Shown here in pieces: positions 28,901-40,252 of a DNA stretch of 64,000 nucleotides. Positions within the stretch are counted from its first letter, which is position 1; the number at the start of each line of letters is the position of its first letter. The notes beneath the pieces were generated by a model that did not search any database, was not told where the DNA came from, and worked only from the letters and a program-made list of their open reading frames with translations. Made by a program: the position numbers and the translations under genes. Location of the stretch: NCBI GenBank assembly GCA_964106645.2, contig OZ067045.1; one strand, 5' to 3'. This DNA comes from Podarcis pityusensis. Taxonomy: Eukaryota.

Positions 28901-31900
28901 ATTAAAATTCCCTACACGTGCCCCTCTTGCTTGCCTAGTGGTTGAATGCAGTAGACTGATGTCCAGCCCCTGTAGCAGTGGGGTGGTGCTTTCGCTAGTT
29001 TTAGGGAGTGACATCTTACTCTATCGCTTACTGCTTTTTTCTTCTTGAATAGGTCGTTGTGGATACAGCACAGATTGAAAACAAAGAAGCATATGCACCA
29101 CAAATCAGTTTAGAAGGTTCCAGAATTGTGGTTCAAGTCCCATCAACATGGTAATTATGACTTACTACTTCAGAAAACTCGGGCAAGCTTTAAATAAACA
29201 AATAAATAGGGACATTAATTTTTGGAATGAAAGTGAGTGTTGTTGACAGGAGATTTGTTATTAAAAATTGTTTCCTTAGGTGCCTGAAAGAAGATCCTGC
29301 AACAATGTCTCTGCTGCAGAGAAGCCTGGATCCAGAGAAGACTTTGGGACTAGTGGATGTGCTTTATACTGCAGTGTTTGACTTAAATCGTTGGAAGGAG
29401 GGAAGGTAGGTATGATTTGTTCTGCACTCTTACCACATAAGGGTTATGCACAGATGATGCCTCATTCAGGAACACTCGGTCACATGTGACAAGAGAAGAT
29501 GGCAATAACAAGTTTCAGCCAAGGCTACCAGGTCTTAATGTTGAAGGCTAAGTAGTGGGAATGTACAAGGGACGCGGGTGGCGCTGTGGGTTAAACCACA
29601 GAGCCTACGACTTGCCGATCAGAAGGTCAGCGGTTCGAATCCCCGTGACGGGGTGAGCTCCCGTTGCTCGGTCCCTACTCCTGCCAACCTAGCAGTTCGA
29701 ATGCATGTCAAAGTGCAAGTAGATAAATAGGTACCAATCTGGCGGGAAGGTAAACGGCGTTTCTGTGCACTGCTCTGGTTCGCCAGAAGCGGCTTAGTCA
29801 TGCTGGCCACATGACCTGGAAGCTGTAAGCCGGCTCCCTCAGCCAATAAAGCAAGATGAGCGCCGCAACCCCAGAGTCGGCCACGACTGGACCTAATGGT
29901 CAGGGGTCCCTTTACCTTTACTAGTGGGAATGTACTGGTAGTAGTACCTGGGCATGGCTGGGCATCTGCTGAAGCCCCACTGCCTCAAGAGGACTGAGCT
30001 GGGGCAGCTCACAGCCCCAGTGGGTAGATAGGAAGCTGCCATTTTGACATTCACACAATTCCCCAGCGTGACATATTGTTGAGCACTGTGGGAGCAAAAA
30101 AAAAAAAAAAAGAGAGAAGCAGATTGCCACCACTGATAAGGCTGCAAAGGGGAGGCCTTGTGAGATTCAGATGGCACCAGGAACTGGATGGCACCCCACC
30201 TTACTTGTGGGTACAGAGCAAAGCTGCTGCAAAACTTTGTAATGGTGAAATGCTGCTTCTTGTTAGTATGTGCTCACAAAAAGCAGCTATAATGTGAGCA
30301 GAAGGCCAGAGCAAACCTGAGAAATTTGCCTTGTTATTAGACTGAGTAGGGCAAAGATGAGTAAGCATAGTGCAGTTCTCTTTCCTTTTTAAAGTATAAT
30401 TCCCCGACCTTCTCTTTTTCAAAGGAAGGAAGGCAGATCAGGGGAATTGGAAAATTTAGGCAGATCAGTGGCTGGAAATAGGTTCCATCAGATTGCCAAA
30501 TAAATTATAAGCACCTGGAGGAAAATGAGGTCAGTCCATACCTAGATGCATTTAAGCTCAGATCTTAAGACTTGACCATCAGCATGTAGTGAGTTCAGTG
30601 GACTTTGATGCAAGCTCTTTATGTATTTGAGAAATGTGGCCTGTAAAATAATTGGTGAGACTAGGTACACAACTTGCTTGAAAGGCAGCATCCAGTCATA
30701 AACTGGAAAGAGGCAATGTTAAACACCATTAATTACTTACATAAAATACTGAAGGTTACACAAAAAATGAAAAATTGGGAGATATTGCTATTTTCAGGAT
30801 AACCTGATTGCTAGTACTCTAGCAGAATACACTGATCTCCAACACCATATAGCAACATTCTCACCAGACACACCTTTTTAGATTACCACCTCTCTAGCCT
30901 TCAGTCCTAGGCTGAGGCATAGCTCAATACCAATGTCCAAGAATACCTTATCCAGACAGTTATCAGTAAAACAGGAAAGTCTGGTGGCCATGTAAGAGGA
31001 AACAGCATTTTATTTACCACCAGACTTTACAAACTTCAGCAACAACAGCAAACGTTTTGTCATTTTTTAAAAAACACAATTGTCTAAAACAGTGGAGCAG
31101 GATAATGGGGCAAGCACTGCTTGTCTTGCTCCCTTCTGCTTCTGTTAAATTCCTTCACTATCATCTTGCCCACAAAGCCAGCTTTGACTAAACATTTGCT
31201 TCTCTTTGCCACCCCATTCTTGATCGCCCATCACCTCTCATAATGTTGAATCCAAGCAAGCAACACCCTCTCCCAATAGAAAACTGAGGGAACTCCCCTC
31301 TCCAAGCAACAACCTTTGCTGGGAACTAATCAAAACCATAATAATCTCACCCCTATGCATAGGGGAGCTGCCTGTATTCCCTGCTGTTGCCTCACCTCCT
31401 TTACCTCACGTGACTATAGACCCAGCAGGCTGGGTGGCTGATGTGTCCTCCTGGCATGGATGGAAGTTGAGCACTGAGCATGCTGCATTGTTTAAACAAA
31501 ACATTTTCTCAGTTTACTTGGCTGTGTTGTGTTGTTTTCATTGGTAGGTCCATGTTCAATATATCGCCCAGGACGGGTATTGGGGGAGGAGAGATTGCGG
31601 GGGGGGGGGGAGATTGCAATGACATCTTCACTCAGCGGTATATTGCTGGTGAAAGTCACTGTTTTTGCATCCCTCTGCCTGCAGCACCCAGTGCACTGAG
31701 GAAGAAGCAAACTAGCCGGGAGCTGGAGGCAGAGGGACTCAAGAGGCGGCAGTTTCACCAGCGATATACCACTGGTGAAACTTCCATTGCACTCTACCCT
31801 GGCAGAGGGAGAAACAAGCTGCACTGGTGAGTAGAAGCGGGATTAGGGCTGCTCAGCTGGGAAGCCTGCCCTTTCTAGCTGAGAGAGCCTTGACCCTGCT

Positions 31901-34320
31901 CCTGCTACCGTCTGACTGCCTTGTCTGGGAGGGTGTGCTGTGCCTTTCCTCCCAGAAAAACAAAGCCCGCCCTTCTGGTAGAAGGCAGCCAGGTGGCATA
32001 GTGGCTCTTTGATGCTGCTGACAGGCCCAGCGCTTTCCAGCAGCCCCTTTCCACAGGGCATGAATAGGGTGGCTTTGTGCCCTATTCAAGGTAGGTCACC
32101 TGGCCCCATGCCACCAAACAGTCTGGCCAAGGAGCCCCAAGGTCCTTGCTGCTCTAGCAGGAGTGGCAGGGACACCGGGGCTGGCCCCGCTGGGGGCGGG
32201 TGCCCTCCCACCCCCAGCAGAGCCTGGCCAAGGAACCCCGGGCTTCCTGGTGGTCATGTGTGAGCGGTGGGGACTCAGGGCTCGCTCAGCTGGGGGCAGG
32301 AGCCTTTCCACCCCACCCCCCGGCTCAGCAGCAGACTGGGGCCAGCTGTATTGGCCACAGCCTGCAAGGCGCTAAGGTGAAAGCATCTCAGCTCCCATGG
32401 TGAGAGCTGCAGCAGTTTCATCCAATACCACGCAGGCTGGGGCCAACGCAGCTTTTTACAACATCACGGTTTATCACCAAACCTTGATGTTTGGCTGGCG
32501 ATATACTGCGATTTTGAGAACCCAACATCGCCCAGCCCTATTCAGAAGCTTAATATTACCCGGACAGATTTATAGTGGTTCATTTCTTGAGGCAACATTT
32601 ATTTATTTATTCAAGTATTTATAATCCACACTTGTATAACAAGGCAGGATACAAGATACAAGAGTACAGTAAGGTTAGTAAAAACATAATTAAGATCAAT
32701 AAATACTTAACACTCTTACATTTAATTGTGAAAAAACTAAGTTATGGGCAGCTCACACATATCAATAAGAAATAAATATTGGACTGTCTAATCCACAGTT
32801 TTGTGAATGCTTTGATTTTTTCTTAGCTTGGTTAACCTTTTATACTGGAGGTTGCCACATCTGGCTCACAAAGTTTTTTGAGCCTACCCTCAGATTTGTC
32901 TTTTTTTTTTTTAAATGACTGCTGCTATGGGTCCCCCTACTGTAATGCCATGATGCCAGAACTTTGTTGTGGCATCTTCTAAGATCCCAAATTTTTCCAT
33001 TTCAAAAAATAAACATTTTTTCCTACATTACCACTTCCATAGGTCCCCTGCTTTGATTTAATGGGTGGTATTCAACTAAGTTTTACTCACAGTAGACCCA
33101 TGGAAATTAATGAGGTCCATTATTTTCAGTACGTCTAAGCTGAGTACAACTTACTTGAATGCCAGCCAATGATGCACTCACAGACCCCCACTACCTCTAT
33201 GCCAATTTTTTTTAAAAAAAAAGTTATTGATGATGATGTTGTTGCTGCTTTTTTTAAAAAAAAATGTTTAATGACTGCTTCCATAGGTACCCCACTGTGA
33301 TGTCAAAAGGTGTTTTGTTGGGTCCCCCTGCTAAAATTTGTCATATTAAAAATCATCTTACTGGCCACTCTTGTAAGCCCTGCTGTGTTTTTGTAATATC
33401 AAAAGTTTTGTGACCTTTTTCAAAAAACAGAATGACTCCTTTGTTCACTCCCACTTTGATAAACAGACCTCGGAGTGTTAACCGTGGATCAGTGCAACTC
33501 CCAACTCAAAAATAGTTAGGCACCCCTGTTTTATACATTATCATACTTTTCAATCCCTCCAGATTGCACGCCTTAGTCCTAATTACTGTAAAGTTGTTTT
33601 GAAGTTGGTGAATGTTGCTTTTTTTGCCTGAAATAGAGGGTTCTTTTTGTTAAACAGAGAGCAGGCTTTGCCGTGTATTCAGATCCAGCTTCAACGTGAG
33701 ATCTGTGACTTCGGGGGTCACATTGACTTACCATCTGGAAATGGAAGCAAATCAACGGGTGGATTGCAAAGGACTTTCTCGAAGCTGACTTCACGATTTA
33801 CAAAGAAAACATCCTGTTCCAGTTCAAGCAGCAGTGGAAGTTACTCCATTCCTAGTACACCTTCCAAAAACCTTTTCATAGCTAACAACTCAGAGGATAA
33901 AGCAAAAATGCCCAACAATATGGATGCCCGATTGCAAAGTATTCTGAACATTGGTAACTTCCCCAGGGCTGTTGAGTCGGCCCAGGCAACGGCACAGAGT
34001 GGAAGCCATCAGGTTGTTAATGGGTTCCTCCTTGACAGGCGTAATGGCAGCAAAGCAGATGACAGCAAGGATGCCAAAGGCATGAATTTACCAACTGACC
34101 AAGAAATGCAGGAGGTCATAGATTTCCTCTCTGGTTTCAACATGGGCAAGTCCCAGCAGACCTCTCCGCTGGTGAAAAGAAGAAACTCGGTTGCATCGTC
34201 TTCGGCAGCAGCAGAGCAGAAGCCAGCCACCGTGCCACAGCAGTCCCAGTCTTCGTCTCACACACCTTTGCACCATCTCCAGCAAGGGTTGCCACAGCAA
34301 CAGCAGCAGCCACAAAAGCC

Positions 34321-34353
<33 letters not shown>

Positions 34354-35785
34354 AATGCATTACTATCAGCACCTGCTGCAGCCCATTGGGTCCCAGCAGC
34401 AGCAGCAGCGTCCACCTGGCAAGTGGCCAACCAATTCCAGCCAGCCGTCAGCCCAGACTGTTGGTCCGGGGTTGTCTCATATGCCTCAGTGGAGCAGTCA
34501 TGCCTTTCCTGACCTGAGCTCTGACCTGTATAGTTTGGGTCTTGTGAACAGTTACATGGACAATGTGATGTCGGAGATGCTGGGGCAGAAGCAGCAAGGA
34601 CCTAGAAACAACACGTGGCCAAACCGTGACCAAAGTGATGGAATCTTTGGGATGTTGGGAGAATTTCTACCTTTTGATCCTGCAGGTGTGTGCATGTTAA
34701 GTAACCTTCTACTACCACATGTTCATTGAGTAATGTGTTTGAACGTATTGAATGTTGCCCATCTGTAGACACAAACCATTTGTGTCTTCTGCAGGTGATG
34801 GGAAAGATTATAGGATTACAAGAGCAAAAACAACAGCAGGGGTTACCTTTAAAAAAAGTCTGCCAAATATTGGGTGAGGAAAGTAGTTTTTGAGGGCGGT
34901 AATTTTTGAAAATGTCATCTTACTGATAATCTTACTGTTTTATTATTTTTGAAAGTTTTCTACAATCAAGTGGTGTATAAATTTTATGAAATACACAAAT
35001 ATCTTAATTTAGTGGGTGGGACCCATGTCCACATCTTCAAACAGTTGACGAGTCACTAGGAATTTCCCTACTGCATCCTACCCTGACCTCCCAGATGTGT
35101 TCTGTGGGGTGGGTAAAAAGGGAAAGTGTGCTCCCTACACCTCCTCTCACTGCCACTTGCTGCTTTCTAGCTCACTTAAGTCTGTGGCAACCAATTCCTG
35201 TTCCCAAGGTAGCACAATTTAGCCATCCTGCTAGTCAAGTTTTGTTCAACTTAATAGGGTTGAACAGATTTGCCTTGCTGAGGTTTTTCAGAGTATGTTG
35301 GGTAGAGGGGGAACATTCCTTTGGACAAAGTCATCTTAACAGCAGGATTTTTGTGCCTCTTAATTTCTTGGATCTGCTTCCTTCAGACATTCTTTAGTCT
35401 GTTCCATCTTTATGATGCAGATCAGTCTCTCTTAGCAATAGCAATGCTAAGCATTGCAATAGCAATGGCTTTCTGAAATTAGTTTCCCCAAAGGTCTGAT
35501 GGGCTGCCAAGTTCCATAGCAGTATGATATGTGGAGATGATGGACTTACATGTGAATATACATGGGCAGCTTTTTGGCTCCATGTTGTTGGAGACAATGT
35601 TGTTGGAGGCAATGACTGACCCGACAGGGTAGCAGAGGTAGGGCCTGACTCTTCCTTTGGGTTGTCTCCCTTACTTGTATTCTTCATTTGTTTGATCCTC
35701 CTCTTGATTTAAGCGTACTGAATGGATTTCAGTAGTATTGATCTGTCTTCCTATTGATGTGCATTCTAAAATAGGATCAAAGCTT

Positions 35786-35817
<32 letters not shown>

Positions 35818-37832
35818 CCATGCACACAGACAAAGCATTTCTTGGGCTTCCACTGCGCATGATGTCACCACCACCTCTCAAATCTGCTGGTGGCTACAAT
35901 GTTGGGGATTTATGTAGCATATTTTGCCTGCCCCCACATAAATCGCTCCCTGGTGAAGTTCTTAATTTTCAGCACTTCAACAGGCATTCCCAACCACTGA
36001 CTAGCTTCCATTGTGTTTGTATGCATGTGTACACATTCTCATATTCTGTTTGTCTGTCTGAGGGGTAGATGGCGGATCATTGTAATGGAAATAGCCAAGT
36101 GTGTCAATAGTTGACTGTCAGGTTTCTTTTTTTTACTCCCAGTTGGTTCTGATCCAGAGTTTGCTCGTTATGTGGCTGGGGTCAGTCAGGCCATGCAACA
36201 AAAAAGGCAAGCACAGCACTTCCGTCGCCCCAGCAACACACGTAGCAACTGGCCTCATCCTGACGACCCGCACAGAACCTGGCCTTTCCCAGAGTATTTC
36301 ACAGAAGGGTAAGGAGCTACCTGTGGCACCCTTGTGTGCATCCAGCTTTGCAAGCAGCTGTAAAATTAGGGATTTTTGCTGCATCAGTTATATATCTTGT
36401 TTACCCATATGCTTAGAAAGTTGAGGTAATTTTAATCTGTTTTAGTATTCAAACTTTTCTATGTTTTAAAGTATAGTTGTGATTTTTTCTCAATTTTATT
36501 GTTTTAACTTTTTGTAAACCACTTTGAGGGGTTTTTTTTACAATCAAGTAGCGTATAAATTTTAGTGTGTGTATGCATGACCACTTTGCGTGAGTCCAGT
36601 TGACATGCAGCTGCCAACACGTGTGCTGCTTTCGTTCCCGGAAGGGGTTGTTGCGGGGGCAGAATGAGCTTACGTGTGACTTCTGATACGCACAGTGACC
36701 CAGAACGGAACCCCTGTGCAAACAGGGAGTTGCCTGTTTATAATATTTATACTGCAGCTCTTCCAAGTTCAGGATTGCATTTCTGTGGAGCATGTGGATA
36801 TTTTCTGCTTTGGTTCTGAGGCCGTAATGTAAGGTAGCACCTTTCTGATGTGGTTGGACTCCAGGTCCCATCATTCCTAGCCATTAACTGTGCAGGCTGG
36901 AGCTGATGGGAGCTGGAGTCCACAACATCTGCAGGACACCACTTTGGCTGCTGCTGCAGTAATGCCAGTTTTAAAGGGTTGTTAAGTGAATATATACTGG
37001 GTCTTTAGAGGGGATAAGGATTCCATATGCAGTGCCTGAACAAGCCATGGGATAAATGCTGTAAGATGATGCTGAATTTGTCAGTTTAGTCTTATTTTAG
37101 TGTTAGCGTTCATGGAGATTTTTCTTCTTGCCCTGTGAAGGTTCAGTAATGTTTAAGAGCAACAAGGGTGGTGAGCCTCCCTGCCACCACTCATATCTCT
37201 ACTGTTTGTCTCTTTCTCTTGATTACTTCCCTGCTCTCATCTCAGGGAGATGGCAAGCAGCTGGTCAGGTACTCAGGGCGACTCTGCCAGCTCCAGTGAT
37301 GAGACTTCCTCTGCCAATGGAGACAGTCTGTTTTCCATGTTCTCAGGGCCAGATATTGTTGCTGCAGTCAAGCAAAGAAGGTGAGTTGAATTCTTGTCAA
37401 AGCAGTAGGCTGAATCTTTGGTTTTGTTAGTGGATAAAGATTTTGCCACCTTAACTTGCAAGGGTCAGGCTGTTCCAAAACTTTCCTGTGCCAAGTGTGA
37501 GTCACAAGGCCAAGTTAGGTCTGGAAATAAGAAAGAAATCTGAACTACTCTTGGCTGTCTTGCCACCTACGTTTTGTTTCTCCTTTAATGTTGCCTGAGC
37601 TTGCAGTTGTCTCAGCCCTTTGAAAGAAGCAAAAAAGGAAACCAGCGCCCAGAGGGTTTGGGGAATATGCTATAATCTTCCATTTCTGGTTGTGGTTCTG
37701 ACTACTTTTCCCTTAATTTGTCTTGTGGGATTTATTCTTTCTCATTAGTACGTGCCTGCATTGGTGGAAGCTAGGAAAGCCACATGGACGTACTGCATGT
37801 GTTAATTCTCTGCTATAGTGACAGGCGTGCTC

Positions 37833-37868
<36 letters not shown>

Positions 37869-40252
37869 AAGGAATAATAATAGACATGTGGCAAACAGGT
37901 GTTTGAAAATGCAAATGTGGATTGGCTGTGGCTCCCTCTTGAGCACACCCAGCAGCAAGCACCAGATTTGTGGCTGTGAAATAACCATGAAGCTAATAAA
38001 AGTGCCCAGTGACAGAAAAGAGGATCCACAATTGAAAGTCCAGTTAATCAGTCCTGCTGATTGAAGAACAAGAAAGCTGATGTTGAATAGAGAAGGCAGA
38101 CTTCTCTCAACAAGGCCAATGTCACACAGTTTTGACAACAGCATGCCTGGTGCTGAGTCCATGTTCATAAATACTATTCCTCTGAAAACCAGATGCTGCT
38201 GAGGCAGAACTGCTACTGCCAAGGGAGGTCTGTAGCCTTGGTGTCCTGCTTGAAGGCTTCCCCAAGGCATAAACCAAGCTATTCTTAGGGACAAGAACCC
38301 TGTGGTCCCTAATGAATAGTGATTGTGACCATCCTACAGCTATTTGAGCAGGACTGGACAATTAAATATTAAGTATTGCAAAAGTACAAAACCCTGCTTT
38401 GGTGCAATATCAGAAGCACTGGTCCACAGTTTTTATTGGCTGCAGTATGGCCTAGCTGCTGCTGTGCCACAGACTTCTATCTGCCTTGTTGGCTAGGTGT
38501 CTGAAAGTTTACTTTAATCCATAAACCTTTAATTGCCATGAAAGTAGCGGGTTAGATGCAAAGGCCCTTAGTACAAGTGTACTTCAGTTATAAGACTCCA
38601 GTTGCCCTCTATTTTGACCACGGAAATACAGCATAAAGTGTTATCAGAACTGAAAAATATTTTCTCATTTAAGACCCTGCCATGACACTAACAGATCATT
38701 TTCTCTCATTGGATAAATATTTCCACAGGAAACACAGCAGTGGGGAGCAAGACCCGAGCACACTTCCTTCCCCACCACTCCTTTCTACAGTGGATGATCA
38801 TAGTCAGGCAAGTATCGGGCTGAATAGTGCCTCTTTTTGGGTGGCTAATGGTGGAGGGGGCCTCTTTGATGGGATTCTAGGTGGCTTTTCTTTTTTAAAA
38901 AATCCCTCAGTAAAAATGCTCCCTGAATTCAGCCCAGTTTTAAATAGTCAATTTCACTATACTTCCAGATTTTCAGGCCAACAAAACTGCACTGCTTCAT
39001 TTTTTATTATAGACAACTGAATATGCTCCATGGAATTTATTGGAGACTCCAAAATGTTTCACTTTTACTTTGATCTTAGGGGGTATAGATCCATTGGAGA
39101 TGCATTTCAGCCCCACTCACCTCACAGAGTGTTTGTTGTGGGGGAGGAAGGGAAAGGAGAATGTTAGCCGCTTTGAGACTCCTTAAAGGGAGTGAAAGGC
39201 GGGATATCAAATCCAAACTCTTCTTCTTCTTCTTCTTCTTCTTCTTCTTCTTCTTCTTCTTCTTCTTCTTCTTCTTCTTCTTCTTCTTCTTCCCCTTCCC
39301 CTTCCCCTTCTCTGAAAGCCAGATAATATATTGGGCTGCTGGGAGAACTTCCCAGGTGAACGGTATTGCTCTGTGTGGTGATTGATCTAGGAGGGCTTTG
39401 ACTCCAACAGGCTGCCAAGCAACATGGCTGGGTGGCTCTTCCTCCTTCCCAAGGGAGTGCTTTTGGAGTGTTGCAGAAATGGCAAAGAGGTGGCACTAAC
39501 TGCAATAATAGTCCAAGTTCTAACCAGCGTCGGAGAAAGAACTGTGGGAGAGTTTCTTCTTCATTGCTCCCCTCCCATCTGTAAGAGACAAGAATATTGG
39601 CTCTTCCTGTTCCTGGATTCTGTCGCTTTAGTGCTCTCGAGGGAAGGCACTGGAGGTGGGGCTACAAGTGGGCCCCTTATGTGTGCTGTTGCTCCAGGAC
39701 GTAGTGGTTTACATGGGACAGAGTTAAACTGCTCCAGTGGGCAAGATTTCTGTAGATGCCCCAGGAGTTCAAGTCATCAGTGGGACAGGTTACCTTGCAC
39801 TCTGATAATGTTTCTGTGTGACTGTCATTCACTCGTTTGGAAGAAAGTGGTATACTAAGGAACATTTGCAGCAGGGCCAGAAATGGTTCCTGGCACTGGA
39901 TGTGCAGGAAGGAAGCTCAGATGTTGTCATTGGTCTCTTGCAGGACAACAAAACCAAAACCTGGCCTCCGAAAGCTCCTTGGCAGCACACACTGCCCAGT
40001 CAAAACATGTCTTTGTACCAGATGAGTAGCCCTGCCAGCCAGTGGAATGACACCATGCAGATCCTGCAGTCACCCGTTTGGTCCACAGCCAACGATTGCA
40101 CACCATCAACAGGGATTTCCTCCACTTTTGCCTATGCGCAGCAGCAGCAGCAATCGCCGCCGCCGCCATCTCAGCACAAACCGATGAATAAGGGCTTTAA
40201 ACCTTTTCCAGTCAAGCACGAACGCAGGCCATCTTACATGCATCAGTACTGA
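17170..40252 (+). CDS. GARRE1: GARRE1 (KIAA0355), granule-associated Rac and RHOG effector 1; complete spliced CDS, 13 coding exons, ~1062 aa
   Basis: join(17170..17652,22109..22315,23185..23325,23613..23708,23823..23984,26172..26330,29053..29150,29280..29405,33658..34685,36143..36308,37246..37380,38729..38807,39944..40252). All phases join in frame. Translation MYCCSAQESKMDYKRRFLLGGSKQKVQQHQQY...KHERRPSYMHQY* is collinear with human KIAA0355/GARRE1 as recalled. Confidence 0.96.
17822..18008. mobile_element. Tc1/mariner-type MITE
   Basis: TA|CAGTGGTACCTCTGGTT ... AACAGAGGTTCAACTG|TA; same 5' TIR as 24352-24577. Confidence 0.8.
18690..19320 (+). mobile_element. Decayed L2-clade LINE fragment
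   Basis: VLQDSILSPTLFDIYMKPLG (RT motif B-like), followed by degenerate L2-like C-terminal sequence. Confidence 0.65.
21788..21860. mobile_element. Palindromic MITE-like family fragment (other copies ~33062-33170, ~50817-50940, ~59860-59957)
   Basis: Shared motif gggttgtagccaactaagttctactcagagtagacccattgaaattaatg recurs at four loci. Confidence 0.55.
22109..22315 (+). CDS. GARRE1: GARRE1 coding exon 2 (VLGRCFLTVMQ...SWRGAAE)
   Basis: polypyrimidine tract + catag| acceptor; GAG|gtaaag donor. Confidence 0.95.
22871..22902. repeat. (CA)16 microsatellite
   Basis: direct reading. Confidence 0.9.
23185..23325 (+). CDS. GARRE1: GARRE1 coding exon 3 (ATSRLRERG...IDSALQ)
   Basis: tttgaag| acceptor; CAG|gttagt donor. 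Confidence 0.95.
23613..23708 (+). CDS. GARRE1: GARRE1 coding exon 4 (AYKAALESLGHCEY...IEASLQ)
   Basis: ccag| acceptor; CAG|gtaaac donor; hand-translated, not in the ORF track. Confidence 0.93.
23823..23984 (+). CDS. GARRE1: GARRE1 coding exon 5 (GCCSDAEAQQ...NLKLKT)
   Basis: ctctaaag| acceptor; ACG|gtaagt donor. Confidence 0.95.
24352..24577. mobile_element. Tc1/mariner-type MITE
   Basis: TA|CAGTGGTACCTCTGGTT ... AACATGAGGTATGACTG|TA. Confidence 0.85.
26172..26330 (+). CDS. GARRE1: GARRE1 coding exon 6 (HTMIQLIKEAG...LFGQAGL)
   Basis: ttttgcag| acceptor; CTG|gtaagt donor. Confidence 0.95.
29053..29150 (+). CDS. GARRE1: GARRE1 coding exon 7 (VVVDTAQIENKEAY...VQVPST[W])
   Basis: gaatag| acceptor; TG|gtaatt donor, phase 2. 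Confidence 0.93.
29280..29405 (+). CDS. GARRE1: GARRE1 coding exon 8 (CLKEDPATMSLLQR...RWKEG[R])
   Basis: tttccttag| acceptor; AG|gtaggt donor. Confidence 0.94.
29569..29921 (+). mobile_element. Full-length Sauria SINE (lacertid type)
   Basis: tRNA-like head GGGACGCGGGTGGCGCTGTGGG (A box) and GGTTCGAATCC (B box); 3' (ACCTTT)n tail; 14-bp TSD TAGTGGGAATGTAC at 29553-29566 and 29922-29935. Confidence 0.92.
31545..32540. mobile_element. GC-rich non-autonomous DNA transposon, probably hAT
   Basis: 3' end ...ATCGCCCAGCCCTA (TAGGGCTGGGCGAT-type TIR) and degenerate 5' end TAGG...ATATATCGCCC; GC-rich interior in an AT-rich intron; TSD not clean. Confidence 0.55.
33658..34685 (+). CDS. GARRE1: GARRE1 coding exon 9, large Ser/Gln-rich exon (EQALPCIQIQ...LPFDPA)
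   Basis: aaacag| acceptor; G|gtgtgt donor; lies within ORF 33647..34729. Confidence 0.96.
35787..35817. repeat. (GATA)n microsatellite
   Basis: direct reading. Confidence 0.9.
36143..36308 (+). CDS. GARRE1: GARRE1 coding exon 10 ([V]GSDPEFARYVAGVSQAMQQK...EYFTE[G])
   Basis: ctcccag| acceptor; GG|gtaagg donor. Confidence 0.94.
37246..37380 (+). CDS. GARRE1: GARRE1 coding exon 11 (EMASSWSGTQGDSASSSDETSS...AAVKQR[R])
   Basis: ctcag| acceptor; AG|gtgagt donor. Confidence 0.94.
37835..37867. repeat. (ATT)n microsatellite
   Basis: direct reading. Confidence 0.9.
38729..38807 (+). CDS. GARRE1: GARRE1 coding exon 12 (KHSSGEQDPSTLPSPPLLSTVDDHSQ), non-canonical GC donor
   Basis: ttccacag| acceptor; CAG|gcaagt donor needed for frame and homology with the next exon (DNKTKTWPPK). 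Confidence 0.9.
39110..39310 (+). mobile_element. 5'-truncated retroposon (SINE/LINE 3' end) with (TTC)24 tail
   Basis: ...gccgctttgagactcc...gcgggatatcaaatccaaactc followed by TTC x24 (39221-39292) and (CCCCTT)3. Confidence 0.65.
39944..40252 (+). CDS. GARRE1: GARRE1 last coding exon (DNKTKTWPPKAPWQH...SYMHQY*)
   Basis: ctcttgcag| acceptor; TGA at 40250-40252. Confidence 0.95.
   Translation, partial: DNKTKTWPPKAPWQHTLPSQNMSLYQMSSPASQWNDTMQILQSPVWSTANDCTPSTGISSTFAYAQQQQQSPPPPSQHKPMNKGFKPFPVKHERRPSYMHQY

Noticed and set aside
29569-29645. tRNA-like sequence with A and B boxes
   Set aside because: It is the head of the Sauria SINE, not a tRNA gene.
34009-34633. Antisense and alternative-frame ORFs with poly-L, poly-A and poly-S runs
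   Set aside because: Shadows of the CAG-rich GARRE1 exon.
39161-39505. Poly-Phe and poly-Glu ORFs
   Set aside because: Translations of the (TTC)24 microsatellite.
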